Assembly (NCBI GenBank): GCA_010909165.1
Contig: VJWM01000135.1
Coordinates: 62,001-126,000 of the forward strand
DNA from: Anthoceros angustus
Taxonomy: Eukaryota > Plantae > Anthocerotophyta
Direction of reading: 5' to 3'
DNA: 64,000 nt
Part shown: in pieces, positions 62,300 to 64,000 of the stretch
How the letters are laid out: the number at the start of each line of letters is the position of its first letter
Position numbering within the stretch: the stretch's first letter is position 1
The notes under the pieces: generated by a model
Databases searched by the model: none
The model's input: only the letters and a program-made list of their open reading frames with translations
What the model was told of the DNA's origin: nothing
Translations under genes and position numbers: made by a program

Positions 62300-64000
62300 C
62301 GACGACACCACAACACTCCCCTCACGCGGCTTCGAGAGTGAATCATGACGAAGATAGCTTCGATTCCCTATGTCAGCTGATCAATGTGATGGCTTCATCG
62401 GTTTGCCTTGTACGTCGTTGATGCCATTGGTGACAGAGTGACGCGATTGGCATGAGTTGAAGTATCCAGATGCAGAAGATTGAAGAAAAGCTCTTTCCTG
62501 TGAAATGATGACGGTGTTGCGCTCTGAACTGCTGGTTGAGCTGCAAATCCAGCTGTACGAGTCCTACTTGTTCTCAGTGGCCTTTTCCTGAGAAGATTCG
62601 CTCCTCCTCCATGATAAGCTTCTCGTGCTATCAAACCTATTGCTGTTACGTGTCGCTCGTGTGGTGTCTTGGAAAGCCCCTTTGTGAGCAAGTCTGCTGT
62701 GTTCTCTTCTGTCGCAACATAACTGAGGGCGACTTGCTTCTTGCTCACCACCTGCCGGATGAAGTGGTGCTGTATTTCAACGTGCTTCGTCCTTGCATGC
62801 AACACTGGATTCAGGGTCATTGCTATTCTTTGGCGGTTATGCGCGAGCTCGATTGGTACGATCACGCCCTCGTTGACATCTTGCGAGGCGGCGTATCCAC
62901 AGAATCTCCTTAGCCGCCAGTGAGGTTGCGGCATACTCCGCCTCGGTGGATGAAAGGCATACTGTTGGCATCTTCTTGCAAGCCCAGGAAACAAGTGAAC
63001 CATTGAGCATAGCACAATATGCTGCTGTCGACTTTCTGGCGTCAGGATCACCGGCCCAGTCTGCGTCGCGGTAAGTACCGGTGCACTCGTCGCATGCAGG
63101 CGGAAGTCCTAGAGATCTGGTACCTTTTAGGTATCTAAGGATGCGCTTAACGCATGTCCAGTGGGCCTTGCCAGGATTAGAGAGATATCTAGATGCAATG
63201 TTGACAGCCTGGGATATATCTGGACGTGTCCAGATTGCTAAATACAGAAGACTACCAACAGCTTCACTATAGGGTACTAATTTCATTTCTTCTATTTCTT
63301 CTGGTGTTTCAGGACTATCTAGTGCAGACACTTTTTCACTGCAGCACAATTGGGCGTCTTGGCAAGTCAGCTTCTTTCAAAGTTGAACACTCACGATCTA
63401 GTAATGCTGCTGGTGGATGAAGAAAGAGTATTCTGTGGGGTTTCTCTCAAACTGGACACCTAGAGCGTACTTAAGGGGTCCTATGTCTACGATTTTGTAC
63501 TCTTTGGCTAACAAGTCCTTGACATGTTGGATGATTTCAGGACAGCTACCAAAGATGAAGTTATCGTCGACGTAGAGGGTCATGATGACGAAATGCTCTT
63601 TCTGCCTAAGGAGATAAACGCTGGGATCTGCAGCTAAAGGTGAGAATCCAGACTTCTTCAAGTATAAGTCTACGGTTTCGTTCCATACCTGGGCAGATTG
63701 TTTCAATCCGTAAAGTGATTTAATAAGCTTACAGACCTTTTTGTTGTCCTTGATATAGCCAGGAGGCTGGAGCATATAAATGTCTTCACTCAACGTACCG
63801 TATAAGAAAGCAGTTTTTACGTCAACTTGATGGATGTCCAGACGGTGATGGGCTGCCAGTGCCAGAAGTATCCTTATAGATGTTGATTTCACAACAGGGC
63901 TGTAAAGCCGATTTTCTTCGTAGTCAAAACCGGGAACTTGGCTGAAGCCTCTGGCGACTAGCCTGGCCTTGTATCTTGCGACTGTACCATCTGGATTCAA
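62300..64000 (-). mobile_element. Ty1/Copia family 2, 3' part (RT, RNase H, PPT); comparatively intact; continues beyond the window
   Basis: RYKARLVARGFSQ, QVDVKTAFLYG, SLYGLKQS, LYVDD, PYSEAVGSLLYLAIWTRPDISQAV, DADWAGD, LSSTEAEY, ARTKHVEIQHHFIR and ADLLTKGL. PPT GAGGGGAG is followed by TGTTG at 62315. Confidence 0.93.

Overview
Nuclear DNA from a compact, roughly GC-balanced land-plant genome. The short (about 70-100 nt) GT-AG introns, a TKPR1-like gene and a type-I-like MADS gene fit a non-seed plant such as a hornwort or lycophyte (inference only). Bases 1-24 kb are gene-dense: a DusA-like tRNA-dihydrouridine synthase, a universal stress protein, tRNA-iMet, an internally deleted Copia element, an alpha/beta-hydrolase, an F-box gene, PP5, ECH2 and TKPR1. 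Bases 24-38 kb are accessory: AT-rich islands, a lone GIY-YIG ORF, a Q-rich divergent MADS gene, a duplicated membrane-protein family and a 5'-truncated CRE-like LINE remnant. From 38.3 kb the window is retroelement. The key element is a Ty3/Gypsy LTR retrotransposon with the order LTR-gag-protease-DNMT3-like cytosine methyltransferase-RT-RNaseH-integrase-PHD-LTR. It is followed by an interleaved mosaic of further copies of this element and an antisense Copia family. Frameshifts in the repeat region look like small copy-specific deletions, probably long-read consensus errors, so domain calls there rest on motifs stitched across frames and copies. All calls are by eye, with no database searches, and splice sites are manual.
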